A stretch of DNA of 64,000 nt from an uncultured Litoreibacter sp. (GTDB lineage: Bacteria > Pseudomonadota > Alphaproteobacteria > Rhodobacterales > Rhodobacteraceae), in contig CANNGL010000005.1 in assembly GCA_947504205.1 (NCBI GenBank), forward strand, positions 54,751 through 118,750, in the 5' to 3' direction. A model generated the notes under the pieces. The model did no database searches. It was not told the DNA's origin and saw only the letters and a program-made list of their open reading frames with translations. This document shows positions 19,752 to 29,370 of this stretch, piece by piece (the stretch's first letter is position 1; the number at the start of each line of letters is the position of its first letter). The translations under genes were made by a program, and so were the position numbers.

Positions 19752-21329
19752 ATGGCAAAAATTGCCTTCATCCTTCTGTGTCACAAAGACCCCGATGCGA
19801 TCATCCTTCAGGCCGAGCGTTTGACGGCTGTTGGCGATTGCATGGCCATTCATTTCGACGCCAGCGCTGACCCGAAAGCTTATACCCAAATCCGCAAAGC
19901 GCTGGATGACAATCCAAATGTTGCCTTCGCGAAAAAGCGGATCAAGTGCGGCTGGGGCGAGTGGTCTTTGGTCGAGGCAACTTTGCAGGCCATGCGGGCA
20001 GCCGTTGATGAATTCCCAAGGGCCACGCATTTTTACATGTTGTCGGGTGACTGCATGGCGATCAAATCGTCAAGCTATGCGCATGAAGTGCTGGATGTGC
20101 AGGACGTTGACTACATAGAGAGTTTCGATTTCTTCGGATCAGATTGGATCAAGACCGGGATGAAGAAGGATCGGTTGATCTATCGTCATTGGTTCAACGA
20201 GCGGCAGAACAAACGCCTGTTCTACTTTTCATACGAGATGCAAAAGAAGTTTGGGTGGAAGCGAGATATTCCCGCTGATTTGCAAATGATGATTGGTTCT
20301 CAATGGTGGTGCCTGCGCCGACGCACCGTCGAATGGGTGCTCGATTTCGCCAAAGCCCGTCCAGACGTCATGCGCTTTTTCAGAACGACCTGGATTCCGG
20401 ACGAAACTTTCTTTCAGACGCTTGTGCGGCATCTGGTTCCATCGGACGAAATAAGAACCCGTACGCTGACATTTCTTATGTTCACCGACTACGGGATGCC
20501 GGTGACGTTTTACAACGATCACTATGACTTGTTGCTAAGTCAGGACTTTTTGTTTGTGCGCAAAGTCTCCCCCTTTGCGAAAGAGCTGAAAGAGCGGTTG
20601 GGCGATCTGTATGCGTCTGAGCGTATGGATTTTCAGACATCGAATGAGGGGCGTACACTCTTTAAATTCCTCACGGGGCGGGGCCGGATCGGACGACGTT
20701 TTGCCCCCCGGTTCTGGGAACGTCAGGCGTCGTTGGGCCGAGAGCGTGAGCTTATGGTGATCGCTTGTAAGAAATGGCATGTGGCCAAACGTTTGCTGAG
20801 CCGCATCACCGAGAAAACCGATATTCGGGGGGTGGAATATCTGTTCGACGAAGATGGCATGAAGCTGCCCGATCTGGGAGGGATTCAGTCAACGCTTGAT
20901 AAGCGAACTCGTCACCGACGCGCCCTGATGCGTCTGCTTTATGATCATTATGGCTCGAACCGGATGGTGATTTGCCTCGATCCGTCAAACTTGGATTTGC
21001 TCGAAGATTTCTTCAATGACAGCTCCACCACACGTCTGCTCGAAATCGAATGTGAGTTTGGGGATGACTATTTGCTTGGACATGCCATGCGGGTTGGCCT
21101 GGCGGGTGACATGACGCCTCAGGACACCATCAACCGCCTGTTGCCAACTGTCAGGCAGAACTTTCTTTTTGAAACCGATCAGATACGCGATGCGGAATTT
21201 CCAGGTCATTTCCGGATCAGCGAGCGACAGACTCAGGAGGAGAATGTACCACAGCTTGCACAGTTTTTGGATGTGGTAGACGATAAAGCGCGTGATATCC
21301 TCTCCATCGACTATCTGTTTAAGGATTAA
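19752..21329 (+). CDS. Glycosyltransferase family 14 (core-2/I-branching, Branch domain) with a large C-terminal extension
   Basis: 525 aa. The N-terminal sequence KIAFILLCHKDPDAIILQAERL ... CGWGEWSLVEATLQAM ... FYMLSGDCMAIKS matches my recollection of bacterial Branch-domain proteins. The C-terminal ~250 aa have no recognisable motif. Confidence 0.65.
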   Translation: MAKIAFILLCHKDPDAIILQAERLTAVGDCMAIHFDASADPKAYTQIRKALDDNPNVAFAKKRIKCGWGEWSLVEATLQAMRAAVDEFPRATHFYMLSGDCMAIKSSSYAHEVLDVQDVDYIESFDFFGSDWIKTGMKKDRLIYRHWFNERQNKRLFYFSYEMQKKFGWKRDIPADLQMMIGSQWWCLRRRTVEWVLDFAKARPDVMRFFRTTWIPDETFFQTLVRHLVPSDEIRTRTLTFLMFTDYGMPVTFYNDHYDLLLSQDFLFVRKVSPFAKELKERLGDLYASERMDFQTSNEGRTLFKFLTGRGRIGRRFAPRFWERQASLGRERELMVIACKKWHVAKRLLSRITEKTDIRGVEYLFDEDGMKLPDLGGIQSTLDKRTRHRRALMRLLYDHYGSNRMVICLDPSNLDLLEDFFNDSSTTRLLEIECEFGDDYLLGHAMRVGLAGDMTPQDTINRLLPTVRQNFLFETDQIRDAEFPGHFRISERQTQEENVPQLAQFLDVVDDKARDILSIDYLFKD

Positions 21330-21334
21330 GCCCT

Positions 21335-21718
21335 ATGGCCTATGATTATGATGATCAGAACATTTTCGCCAAAATCCTGCGGGGTGAGATCCCAAATGAT
21401 ACGGTGAAGGAAACCGAGCATTGCCTTGCGTTTCGTGACATCACACCGCAAGCGCCCATCCATATTCTGGTGATCCCGAAGGGGCCGTATGTTTGCTTCG
21501 ATCATTTCGCACTTGAAGCAACAGATGCGGAGATTGTTGATTTTACCCGCACCGTTGGATGGATTTGCAAGGAGTTGGGCGTACAGCCCGGCGAAGATGG
21601 CGACGGGTACCGTCTGATTTCGAATGCTGGCCAAGATGGTGTTCAAGAAGTGCCTCATCTGCATGTCCACATTCTGGCAGGTAGATCGATCGGACGAATG
21701 GTGCAGCCCGTACAATGA
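21335..21718 (+). CDS. HIT (histidine triad) family protein
   Basis: 127 aa with the histidine triad HLHVHIL, plus IFAKILRGEIP at the N-terminus. Confidence 0.9.
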   Translation: MAYDYDDQNIFAKILRGEIPNDTVKETEHCLAFRDITPQAPIHILVIPKGPYVCFDHFALEATDAEIVDFTRTVGWICKELGVQPGEDGDGYRLISNAGQDGVQEVPHLHVHILAGRSIGRMVQPVQ

Positions 21719-21847
21719 TGTGACATCGGTGTTGCAGGGGCCGCCTTCAGAGCTGGTTCAGCGATTTCGGGCGGACCAAAGCCGAGTTGCGCCTTGCGGG
21801 TGGCGTAAGGTGGTTTATCATGTGCAGAGATGAAAATTCTCTGACAG

Positions 21848-22036
21848 GTGAGATCGATGACAACCGCTGCTCCGGAAACCGAAATTGTGGATCAATGGCG
21901 AGTAGCCTGCGATGGCGGCGAAGGGGCTCTTGGACATCCTCGGGTCTGGTACGAGATCGCCCGCGACAAGGGTTTTGTTGAATGCGGCTATTGCGACAAG
22001 AAAATCATTCATCGCGATTTCGAGGGTAAGGTCTGA
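21848..22036 (+). CDS. Small zinc-finger (zf-CHCC-like) protein
   Basis: 62 aa with [16 protein letters not shown] ... CGYCDKK. An alternative ATG is at 21857. It ends 2 nt before polA. Confidence 0.6.
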   Translation: MRSMTTAAPETEIVDQWRVACDGGEGALGHPRVWYEIARDKGFVECGYCDKKIIHRDFEGKV

Positions 22037-22038
22037 GA

Positions 22039-24828
22039 ATGGCCTTCGGCAAAGGCCATCACCTTCATCTCATTGACGGCTCTGCTTTTATTTTCCGCGC
22101 GTATCACGCCCTGCCACCATTGACGCGCAAATCAGATGGTTTGCCCATCGGTGCAGTGTCAGGTTTCTGTAATATGCTGCAGCGCTATATCGAGGGCGGT
22201 ATTGGTGGTGATGCACCGACACATTTGGCGGTGATTTTCGATAAAGGCAGTCATACGTTTCGAAACGAGATTTACGACCAGTACAAAGCCAATCGTGAAG
22301 CGATGCCTGAGGACTTGCGTCCGCAGATACCACTCACACGACAGGCGACCGAAGCATTCAACATTGCCTGCAAGGAGATTGAGGGCTTCGAAGCCGATGA
22401 TATCATCGCGACTTTGGCGGTTCAGGCCAGAGCAGCTGGGGGGCGCTGCACTATCATCTCGTCCGATAAAGACCTGATGCAGTTGGTCGGTGGCGGGGTC
22501 GAGATGTTCGACGCCATGAAAAACGTCTCTATCGATAGCGAAGGTGTTGAGGCAAAATTTGGCGTGGGACCCGACCGGGTGGTTGACGTTCAGGCGCTTG
22601 CGGGTGACTCGGTTGATAACGTCCCAGGTGCACCTGGCATCGGTATCAAGACTGCGGCCTTGCTGATCAATGAATATGGATCACTGGAGGCTCTGCTGGA
22701 TCGTGCTGAGGAGATCAAGCAGCCTAAGCGCCGCGAGACCCTAGTGAATTTTCGCGATCAGATCGAGTTGTCCAAGCGGCTGGTTCAACTCGACGAAAGC
22801 ACCCCCCTGGATTTTGCGATTGAAGAACTGGAAGTTCGCGATCCTGAACCAGAAAAGCTTTTGGAATTTCTGGCGGAGATGGAATTCCGTACGTTGACCA
22901 AGCGCATAGCTGAGAAGCTGTACGTTGAAGCCCCGGTTATCGAAGAGGTGAGCCCGCCATCGTCGGTTGATGCTCCGGAGATGCCTCCGATTGATGCGTC
23001 AAACTATGTGGCTGTTGGCGATGCTGAGACGTTGCAGCGCTGGATCGATCAGATCTACGAGCGCGGATACGTGGCAATCGATACCGAGACAACCGGCCTG
23101 AATGAAATGACGGCTGATCTGGTTGGTATTTGCCTCTGTGTTGAGCCAGGCGAGGCCTGTTACGTGCCATTGATTCACAAGCAGGGTGGGGAAGATCTGT
23201 TCGGCTCGGACGAACTTGCGGAGGGGCAAATGGCCGTAGATCAGGCCATCGCGATGCTCAAGCCGGTTCTTGAGGATGAGAGCATTCTCAAGATCGGGCA
23301 AAATATGAAATACGATGCGAAGATATTTGCGCGCCATGATGTGAATGTCGCTCCGATTGATGACACGATGTTGCTGAGCTATGCGCTTCACGCGGGGCTG
23401 CACAATCACTCCATGGACGCGTTGTCAGAGCGCTATCTGGGCCATACGCCAATTCCCATCAAATCTCTGTTAGGCACCGGTAAGTCGCAGATTACATTTG
23501 ACCGTGTTCCGCTTGAAGATGCGATCAAATATGCGGCTGAAGACGCTGACATCACGTTGCGTTTGTGGAAAACGTTCAAACCGCTTCTGCACGCCAAGGG
23601 CGTGACGACTGTTTATGAAACTTTGGAGCGACCATTGGTGCCAGTTCTGGCGCAGATGGAGCGAAACGGGATCAAGGTTGATCGCGATACGTTGAGCCGG
23701 ATGTCCAATGCTTTTGCGCAGAAGATGGCGCAGCTGGAAGATGAAATTCACGAGTTGGCGGGACAGAGCTTCAACGTCGGTTCGCCCAAGCAGTTGGGTG
23801 AAATTCTGTTTGACAAGCTGGAACTTCCTGGCGGCAAGAAAGGAAAAACCGGCGCCTATGGGACCGGTGTTGATGTGCTTGAGGATTTAGCAACGGAACA
23901 TGACTTGCCGAGACGCGTTCTGGATTGGCGGCAAGTATCAAAGCTGAAATCAACCTATACCGACGCTTTGCAGACCCATATCAACGAAGATACCGGACGC
24001 GTGCATACATCCTATTCGATTGCGGGTGCGAACACGGGTCGCTTGGCGTCAACAGACCCCAACCTACAGAATATTCCTGTGCGGACAGAAGAGGGTCGCC
24101 GTATCCGCGAAGCCTTTGTTGCTGAGAGTGGGAATGTTCTGGTGTCCCTCGACTATTCGCAAATCGAGTTGCGTATTCTGGCCCATATCGCCGGGATTGA
24201 TGCGTTGAAGCAGGCCTTTCAGGAAGGGCAGGACATTCACGCAGCGACGGCCTCTGAGATGTTCAATGTTCCATTGGACGAAATGACCCCTGATGTACGC
24301 AGGCAAGCCAAGGCTATTAATTTTGGTGTCATCTATGGCATCTCAGGTTTCGGGCTGGCGCGGAACCTCAGGATACCACGAGCCGAGGCTCAGAGATTCA
24401 TTGACAGGTACTTTGAGCGGTTCCCGGGTATTCGTGCCTATATGGACGAAACAATTGATTTTGCGAAGAAAAACGAGTTCGTTCAAACGTTGTTTGGACG
24501 GAAGATCAATACTCCGGAGATCAATGCAAAAGGCCCCCACGCAGGGTTCGCGCGACGGGCTGCGATTAATGCGCCGATCCAAGGCACAGCGGCAGACATC
24601 ATTCGGCGAGCAATGATCCGTATGCCGTCGGCCATTGAGGGCATGTCATGCAAGATGCTGTTGCAGGTGCATGACGAATTGATCTTCGAGGTGCCGGAAG
24701 AAGATGTCGATCAAACCATTTCGGTGGTGCGCGACGTAATGGAACGCGCGGCTGATCCTGCCGTTAGTCTTGATGTGCCGCTGGTGGTCGATGCGGGGCA
24801 AGGTAACAATTGGGCCGAGGCCCATTGA
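22039..24828 (+). CDS. polA: DNA polymerase I
   Basis: 929 aa. It has a 5-prime nuclease domain (LIDGSAFIFRAYHA), a 3-5 exonuclease domain (VAIDTETTGL), and polymerase motifs DYSQIELR, RRQAKAINFGVIYG and QVHDEL. Confidence 0.97.
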   Translation: MAFGKGHHLHLIDGSAFIFRAYHALPPLTRKSDGLPIGAVSGFCNMLQRYIEGGIGGDAPTHLAVIFDKGSHTFRNEIYDQYKANREAMPEDLRPQIPLTRQATEAFNIACKEIEGFEADDIIATLAVQARAAGGRCTIISSDKDLMQLVGGGVEMFDAMKNVSIDSEGVEAKFGVGPDRVVDVQALAGDSVDNVPGAPGIGIKTAALLINEYGSLEALLDRAEEIKQPKRRETLVNFRDQIELSKRLVQLDESTPLDFAIEELEVRDPEPEKLLEFLAEMEFRTLTKRIAEKLYVEAPVIEEVSPPSSVDAPEMPPIDASNYVAVGDAETLQRWIDQIYERGYVAIDTETTGLNEMTADLVGICLCVEPGEACYVPLIHKQGGEDLFGSDELAEGQMAVDQAIAMLKPVLEDESILKIGQNMKYDAKIFARHDVNVAPIDDTMLLSYALHAGLHNHSMDALSERYLGHTPIPIKSLLGTGKSQITFDRVPLEDAIKYAAEDADITLRLWKTFKPLLHAKGVTTVYETLERPLVPVLAQMERNGIKVDRDTLSRMSNAFAQKMAQLEDEIHELAGQSFNVGSPKQLGEILFDKLELPGGKKGKTGAYGTGVDVLEDLATEHDLPRRVLDWRQVSKLKSTYTDALQTHINEDTGRVHTSYSIAGANTGRLASTDPNLQNIPVRTEEGRRIREAFVAESGNVLVSLDYSQIELRILAHIAGIDALKQAFQEGQDIHAATASEMFNVPLDEMTPDVRRQAKAINFGVIYGISGFGLARNLRIPRAEAQRFIDRYFERFPGIRAYMDETIDFAKKNEFVQTLFGRKINTPEINAKGPHAGFARRAAINAPIQGTAADIIRRAMIRMPSAIEGMSCKMLLQVHDELIFEVPEEDVDQTISVVRDVMERAADPAVSLDVPLVVDAGQGNNWAEAH

Positions 24829-24834
24829 GCCGGA

Positions 24835-26001
24835 TTAATTGAAACCGTTCGAGATTTGTCGAAACAGATCGATGTTAGCCTCATAGACGCCAGCATCGCG
24901 AAAGTTCCGGTTCGCTGAGGTGGCGACAATAACCACGTTGTTTGGTCGATCGATATAAAGATACTGGCTATAGATGCCGTGACCGAAGAATTCGCCCTCG
25001 CGTGCGTCCTTTGGCTGCCACCATTGATAGCCATATTGTCGTTTGCCGGGCTCGGTGAGCGCCTGCGCACGAGTCGATTCCCGTAGCCAGTCTTTCGGCA
25101 CGATCTCAGTGCCTTGCCACATTCCATCCTGCGCTACCATTTGGCCAAATCGCGCATAATCCCGCGTTCTCATGTTCAGCCCGCCAAGAACGAAGGCGAC
25201 GCCCACCCCGTCTGTTAGGTAGTAGGGTTCTGCCTCCATCCCCAGAGGCTCTATGAGCTTTTCCGAAAGCAGATCTGCGATGCTTGATCCGGTTGCGCCT
25301 CGGATCACCATCCCAATGACATGTGTATCAATGGAAACGTATTTCCAACGTTCGCCGGGCGGAGCTTCGGTTTCTGTGAGTCCTGCGGCGAAATCGTCCA
25401 TTGTCTTGCCCAAAGCAAGTACTCGTCCCATTCGGTTGATGTCAGAGCTCTTGTCCAGATAATCCTCGTCGAAAACGACGCCGGTCTGCATTGTCAGAAC
25501 GTCACGAATGCTGACCTCGTCATAGGCAGAGCCGATTAGCGCTGGTGCATATTTGACAACCGGATCGTCAATCGATGCGATGTGACCTTCCTCCAGCACA
25601 ATTCCAAAAAGCACCGAAAGGAAGCTCTTTGCAATCGACCACGAGATGCGAAGATCGGCTGCCTCTGTTCCCAAATGATAACTTTCGTGACGGATTTCCC
25701 CGTTTTTGAGGACCAAAAAAGACGTAACGTTTTGGTCCTTGATCCACTGTTCTGCTGGGGCCGGCAGAATGATCTGATTTCCTCGGGGCAGGGCGCTGAC
25801 CGGCGCGGTGCCACGGGAGACAGGACTGCTGAGAAATGCTCCTCCCATATTTGAAAAGTTCGCGACAATTTTTTCTTCAGTAAACAGGGAGTTGACAGCA
25901 AGAAGACGGGCGATTTCCTCACGCTTCCACAGCCCACCCAATGCGGCCACGATGATTATTGCCAATAGGGCTCGACCCAACCATTTTCCCAATCTGCGCA
26001 T
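24835..26001 (-). CDS. Serine hydrolase, beta-lactamase/transpeptidase-like family
   Basis: 388 aa with an N-terminal membrane anchor or signal and an SxxK motif (SIAK in ISWSIAKSF). It is convergent with polA, separated by only 6 nt. Confidence 0.78.
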   Translation of the reverse strand: MRRLGKWLGRALLAIIIVAALGGLWKREEIARLLAVNSLFTEEKIVANFSNMGGAFLSSPVSRGTAPVSALPRGNQIILPAPAEQWIKDQNVTSFLVLKNGEIRHESYHLGTEAADLRISWSIAKSFLSVLFGIVLEEGHIASIDDPVVKYAPALIGSAYDEVSIRDVLTMQTGVVFDEDYLDKSSDINRMGRVLALGKTMDDFAAGLTETEAPPGERWKYVSIDTHVIGMVIRGATGSSIADLLSEKLIEPLGMEAEPYYLTDGVGVAFVLGGLNMRTRDYARFGQMVAQDGMWQGTEIVPKDWLRESTRAQALTEPGKRQYGYQWWQPKDAREGEFFGHGIYSQYLYIDRPNNVVIVATSANRNFRDAGVYEANIDLFRQISNGFN

Positions 26002-26056
26002 ACATCGTCCTTTTAATGCCTAAAGAAACCTACTCATGTGGTCTCGGTTCTGTAAG

Positions 26057-27085
26057 TCACGATATCTTGCGGGGATTCCAGTCAATCCAACGTCCGTGAA
26101 AATCTATGCGTCCCAGTGAGAAATGATGATCGCCGGGCCAAAGGCGCAGCGTCATGGCGGCACCTTCGTCGCCATCCCACTCCATAGAGAGCCATGCTAG
26201 CGGGCAGTCGTCTTTCGCCTGCTCTCCGGCGGTCGAAATGAGCTGCGTCGCACGCTGTTGCGTGGCTTCCGGGAAGTACTGCCAAGCGACCGTATGGTAG
26301 ATGAGGTGCAAGGCACCCCGATATATCAAAGCTTTTTCAGAAAGCCATTCGGCCGCGTCGCTTTGATCAACCTCGCAATCCAGAATTTCAATTGCAGTAT
26401 TCGTGCGAGACAATCGTTCCGCCTGATCTGGCCAAAGGTAGGCCAACAGCCGAAGCCGATCCTCCGGATCTCGTGCCGACAAGGGGTTGATATCCACGCC
26501 TTGCCGTTTTGTAATTTTCAACTCTGCAAAATTTGGAACGAGTCCCTTCCAATCCGGCGTCAAGGTAAGGGCCGGACTTTCTGCTCCAAGCTTCGTTTCA
26601 CCTACCTCAAGGGCAAAGTGATCAAACATCAGGTTCAGCCCCGCGCTCGCGCCCAGTTCAGAAACCACCATTGGCAAGGCATGGTGCTGCTGTAGCCATG
26701 ACGCGGCGGCGATCATACAGGCGGCGCGACGCACCTCATTGGTTTGTGGTGCGTTTTGAATGAAGGCCTCAATGAAAGTGGCCTCACTCTTGAACGCGCG
26801 GCTGACCGCGGCGCAGAGTGCATCGTCGTCGGATTGGTTCGGAGGATAGACTGGGACCAACTCAGCCCGATTAAGAAGCTTCAGGGCATGTAATGCACCC
26901 GCTATGCGCAAAGGGACCGAACTCGCTTCCGGACCGAGCGCGCCGGGCAAATCAAATATTGCCCTTGTCAGACCGCTGTCCGGTTGCAGGCGTTCTGCCA
27001 TCAAGCGCATCAGTTGCGCCATGAAAGGCGATCCAAGGTTTGCGCAGGCCTCAGATTGGCGCAGGAAAGCCTCTTTGAGACTCAC
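26057..27085 (-). CDS. DUF2332-like protein of unknown function
   Basis: 342-aa ORF. The N-terminal FLRQSEACANLGSPFMAQLMRLMA resembles DUF2332 as I remember it. It overlaps the pth stop by 4 nt, so it is probably co-transcribed. Confidence 0.55.
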   Translation of the reverse strand: MSLKEAFLRQSEACANLGSPFMAQLMRLMAERLQPDSGLTRAIFDLPGALGPEASSVPLRIAGALHALKLLNRAELVPVYPPNQSDDDALCAAVSRAFKSEATFIEAFIQNAPQTNEVRRAACMIAAASWLQQHHALPMVVSELGASAGLNLMFDHFALEVGETKLGAESPALTLTPDWKGLVPNFAELKITKRQGVDINPLSARDPEDRLRLLAYLWPDQAERLSRTNTAIEILDCEVDQSDAAEWLSEKALIYRGALHLIYHTVAWQYFPEATQQRATQLISTAGEQAKDDCPLAWLSMEWDGDEGAAMTLRLWPGDHHFSLGRIDFHGRWIDWNPRKIS

Positions 27086-27768
27086 GTGAACTTATCCATC
27101 AGCTTTTGAAGCGCGGATCGCTCGTCCTTGGTTTCCGGTGTCGCTTCGGCCTTGGCTGTTTCTTTGTCGGCTGGCCGCGCTTTTCCGGTTGAAGGGCGTT
27201 GCGGCGAGGTGCGCAGGGCGACGGCGTTCAAAAAACGACCTGTATCGTCATCTGCCAGCATGGGTGCGCCGTCTGAAATTCCTCGAAGAACATCGTCCAG
27301 CCACGCATGATCGGCCTTGGTAAAGTCATGTAAAACGTAGCCGGGGACTTTGTCTTTATGACCCGGATGGCCCACGCCTATCCGAACACGATCATAATGT
27401 GGTCCGATGTGATCATGGATCGACCGCAGCCCGTTATGGCCAGCATGTCCGCCGCCCGCCTTGCAGCGCACCTTTGCGGGGGCCAAGTCAATTTCGTCGT
27501 GAAAAACGGTGATATCGGTGGACTCAAGCTTGAAAAAGCGCATCGCTTCGCCCACGGATTGTCCCGAGCGGTTCATGAATGTAGCAGGCTTGAGAAGCGT
27601 GATTTTCTCGCTACCCAACCGGCCCTCTGCCATCTGGCCCTGAAACTTACTGCGCCAACTAGAAAAACCATAGTCATCTGCAATCTGATCGAGGGCCATG
27701 AAGCCGACATTATGTCGGTGTGCGGCGTATTTAGCGCCGGGATTCCCAAGGCCAACATAGAGTTTCAT
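27082..27768 (-). CDS. pth: Peptidyl-tRNA hydrolase
   Basis: MKLYVGLGNPGAKYAAHRHNVGFMALD and GHAGHNGLRS are present. It has a charged, Lys/Ala/Glu-rich C-terminal extension. Confidence 0.95.
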   Translation of the reverse strand: MKLYVGLGNPGAKYAAHRHNVGFMALDQIADDYGFSSWRSKFQGQMAEGRLGSEKITLLKPATFMNRSGQSVGEAMRFFKLESTDITVFHDEIDLAPAKVRCKAGGGHAGHNGLRSIHDHIGPHYDRVRIGVGHPGHKDKVPGYVLHDFTKADHAWLDDVLRGISDGAPMLADDDTGRFLNAVALRTSPQRPSTGKARPADKETAKAEATPETKDERSALQKLMDKFT

Positions 27769-27843
27769 TCACTCCACTTCCTGTGTTTTCGTCTAGGCAG
27801 CCTGTCTGCTAGGTTAGCTCATATAATACAAGGGGTTCGCCTG

Positions 27844-28527
27844 ATGGCACAATTCAAATTGAACGAGGTTGTTCTTGAAGTCCCCGACCACCTGTTGACG
27901 CCCAAGATCCGGCGGAAGCTCAACAACGGGATGTATGAGGCGGCAGAGGCCCGCTCCGTTCTTCTGGCAGTCGAGGAGGATGACAGGGTGCTCGAGCTGG
28001 GCGCAGGGATTGGCTATATCGGCTGCCTCGCCGCGATGATCGTGGGGGCCGACAACGTGCTCTCGGTTGAGGCGAACCCAGACATGATCAATGTGATCAG
28101 AATGAATTTTGAGCGTAATGGGTGTGCTGACATTGATCTTAGGCATGGCGCTGTTGTTGGCGCAGAGTTTGCTGAGACCGAAGTCGAGTTCACGCAATCT
28201 GCTGCATTTTGGGCGTCTTCGATTGGGGGCGGCGGAGGGGCCAAGGCACGTAAAGTCATAGTGCCGGTCCAGCGGTTCGATGACTTGCTGACCGAACATG
28301 AACCGAATGTCGTGATCATGGACATTGAGGGCGCCGAGGCTGCGTTTTTCGAGGCGGATTGGCCCGCATATGTTCGGGTGCTGCTTATGGAGATTCATCC
28401 GAAACGCTATTCCGACAAAGTCGTTCAGAAAATATTCGACCGATTGTCGTCGTCCGGATTGGTCTATAGCGCCGATTTGTCGAAGGGAAAAACGCTGGGT
28501 TTCTTGCGGCTGGGTACGGAGATTTAG
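27844..28527 (+). CDS. FkbM-family SAM-dependent methyltransferase
   Basis: The internal ATG gives MAQFKLNEVVLEVPD. The SAM motif is VLELGAGIGYIG. IMDIEGAEAAFF is the typical FkbM DIEGxE motif. The 5-prime part of the track ORF (27358-27843) is antisense to pth and is discarded. Confidence 0.72.
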   Translation: MAQFKLNEVVLEVPDHLLTPKIRRKLNNGMYEAAEARSVLLAVEEDDRVLELGAGIGYIGCLAAMIVGADNVLSVEANPDMINVIRMNFERNGCADIDLRHGAVVGAEFAETEVEFTQSAAFWASSIGGGGGAKARKVIVPVQRFDDLLTEHEPNVVIMDIEGAEAAFFEADWPAYVRVLLMEIHPKRYSDKVVQKIFDRLSSSGLVYSADLSKGKTLGFLRLGTEI

Positions 28528-28554
28528 TCGCAGCAACGCTTGGTATTGAAAATG

Positions 28555-28585
28555 AAAAAGGGCGCCCCAGAAGGACGCCCTTTCC
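28555..28585. terminator. Putative bidirectional rho-independent terminator between the FkbM gene and ctc
   Basis: The stem AAAGGGCG (28557-28564) pairs with CGCCCTTT (28576-28583). It is flanked by an A-run on the left and a T-run on the right, and sits between convergent stops at 28527 and 28605. Confidence 0.55.
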
Positions 28586-28604
28586 AAAATCGTGTGAAGC
28601 CAAC

Positions 28605-29270
28605 TTATTCTTCGCTGGTTTCCTCTGAATCCGTGGTCGGAACTTCATCTGCTGCCACTTCTTCATCACCTTCTTCCTCGTCATCACCTTGTGATTTGAG
28701 GCCGGATGGTGCCGAGACTGATGCAATCACGAAGTCACGGTCGATGGTTGGCTTTGCACCTTCTGGCAGCTTGACCGACGAGATCGTCAAGTTGTCGCCA
28801 ATTTCCATCTCGGAAACATCAATGGTGATGCTTTCTGGAATATCACCCGCAGTCACAACCAGTTCAACTTCTGGACGGATCAGCGTCAGAACGCCGCCCA
28901 TCTTGAGACCGGGTGAAAGGTCTTCGCCTTCCACGTCAACACCGATGAAGAGGTTAATCTTCGTTGTGCGACGCAGGCGCATGAAATCAACATGGCGAGG
29001 CAGATCTTTGACAACGTCGCGCTGCACATTGCGGCAGATTACGCGGACATCGTCCTGACCCTCGACTTTCATATTGTACAGCGTTGAAAGAAAACGACCT
29101 TCTTTCAGTTTCTTGAACAACACGTTGTAGGGGACATTGATCGGTAGGGGATCTTCACCACCACCATAAACGATACCGGGCACCATGCCTTCGCGGCGTG
29201 CTTGACGGGCGGCCCCCTTGCCTGTCCCCGTCCGTGCCTCGGCTACGAGATCTGGGACCTCTTTAGCCAT
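28605..29270 (-). CDS. rplY: 50S ribosomal protein L25 / general stress protein Ctc
   Basis: [37 protein letters not shown] is followed by an acidic C-terminal tail ([14 protein letters not shown]). ATG 29270 is preferred over 29291. Confidence 0.9.
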   Translation of the reverse strand: MAKEVPDLVAEARTGTGKGAARQARREGMVPGIVYGGGEDPLPINVPYNVLFKKLKEGRFLSTLYNMKVEGQDDVRVICRNVQRDVVKDLPRHVDFMRLRRTTKINLFIGVDVEGEDLSPGLKMGGVLTLIRPEVELVVTAGDIPESITIDVSEMEIGDNLTISSVKLPEGAKPTIDRDFVIASVSAPSGLKSQGDDEEEGDEEVAADEVPTTDSEETSEE

Positions 29271-29370
29271 GAGCTTTCTCCAATTTTTCAAGTGTCGCGG
29301 CTGCCTCCAAGGGTGTCGGGCCGCATGAAGGGGGCGTATCGGCTGTCAGGCGAGAGTCGTCAAGCAAAAA

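Noticed and set aside
27358-27843. N-terminal extension of the FkbM ORF (track start 27358), and the 257-aa antisense ORF at 27814-28587
   Set aside because: The extension overlaps pth on the opposite strand, and the recognisable methyltransferase sequence only starts at ATG 27844. The 27814-28587 ORF is antisense to the FkbM gene and has no motifs.
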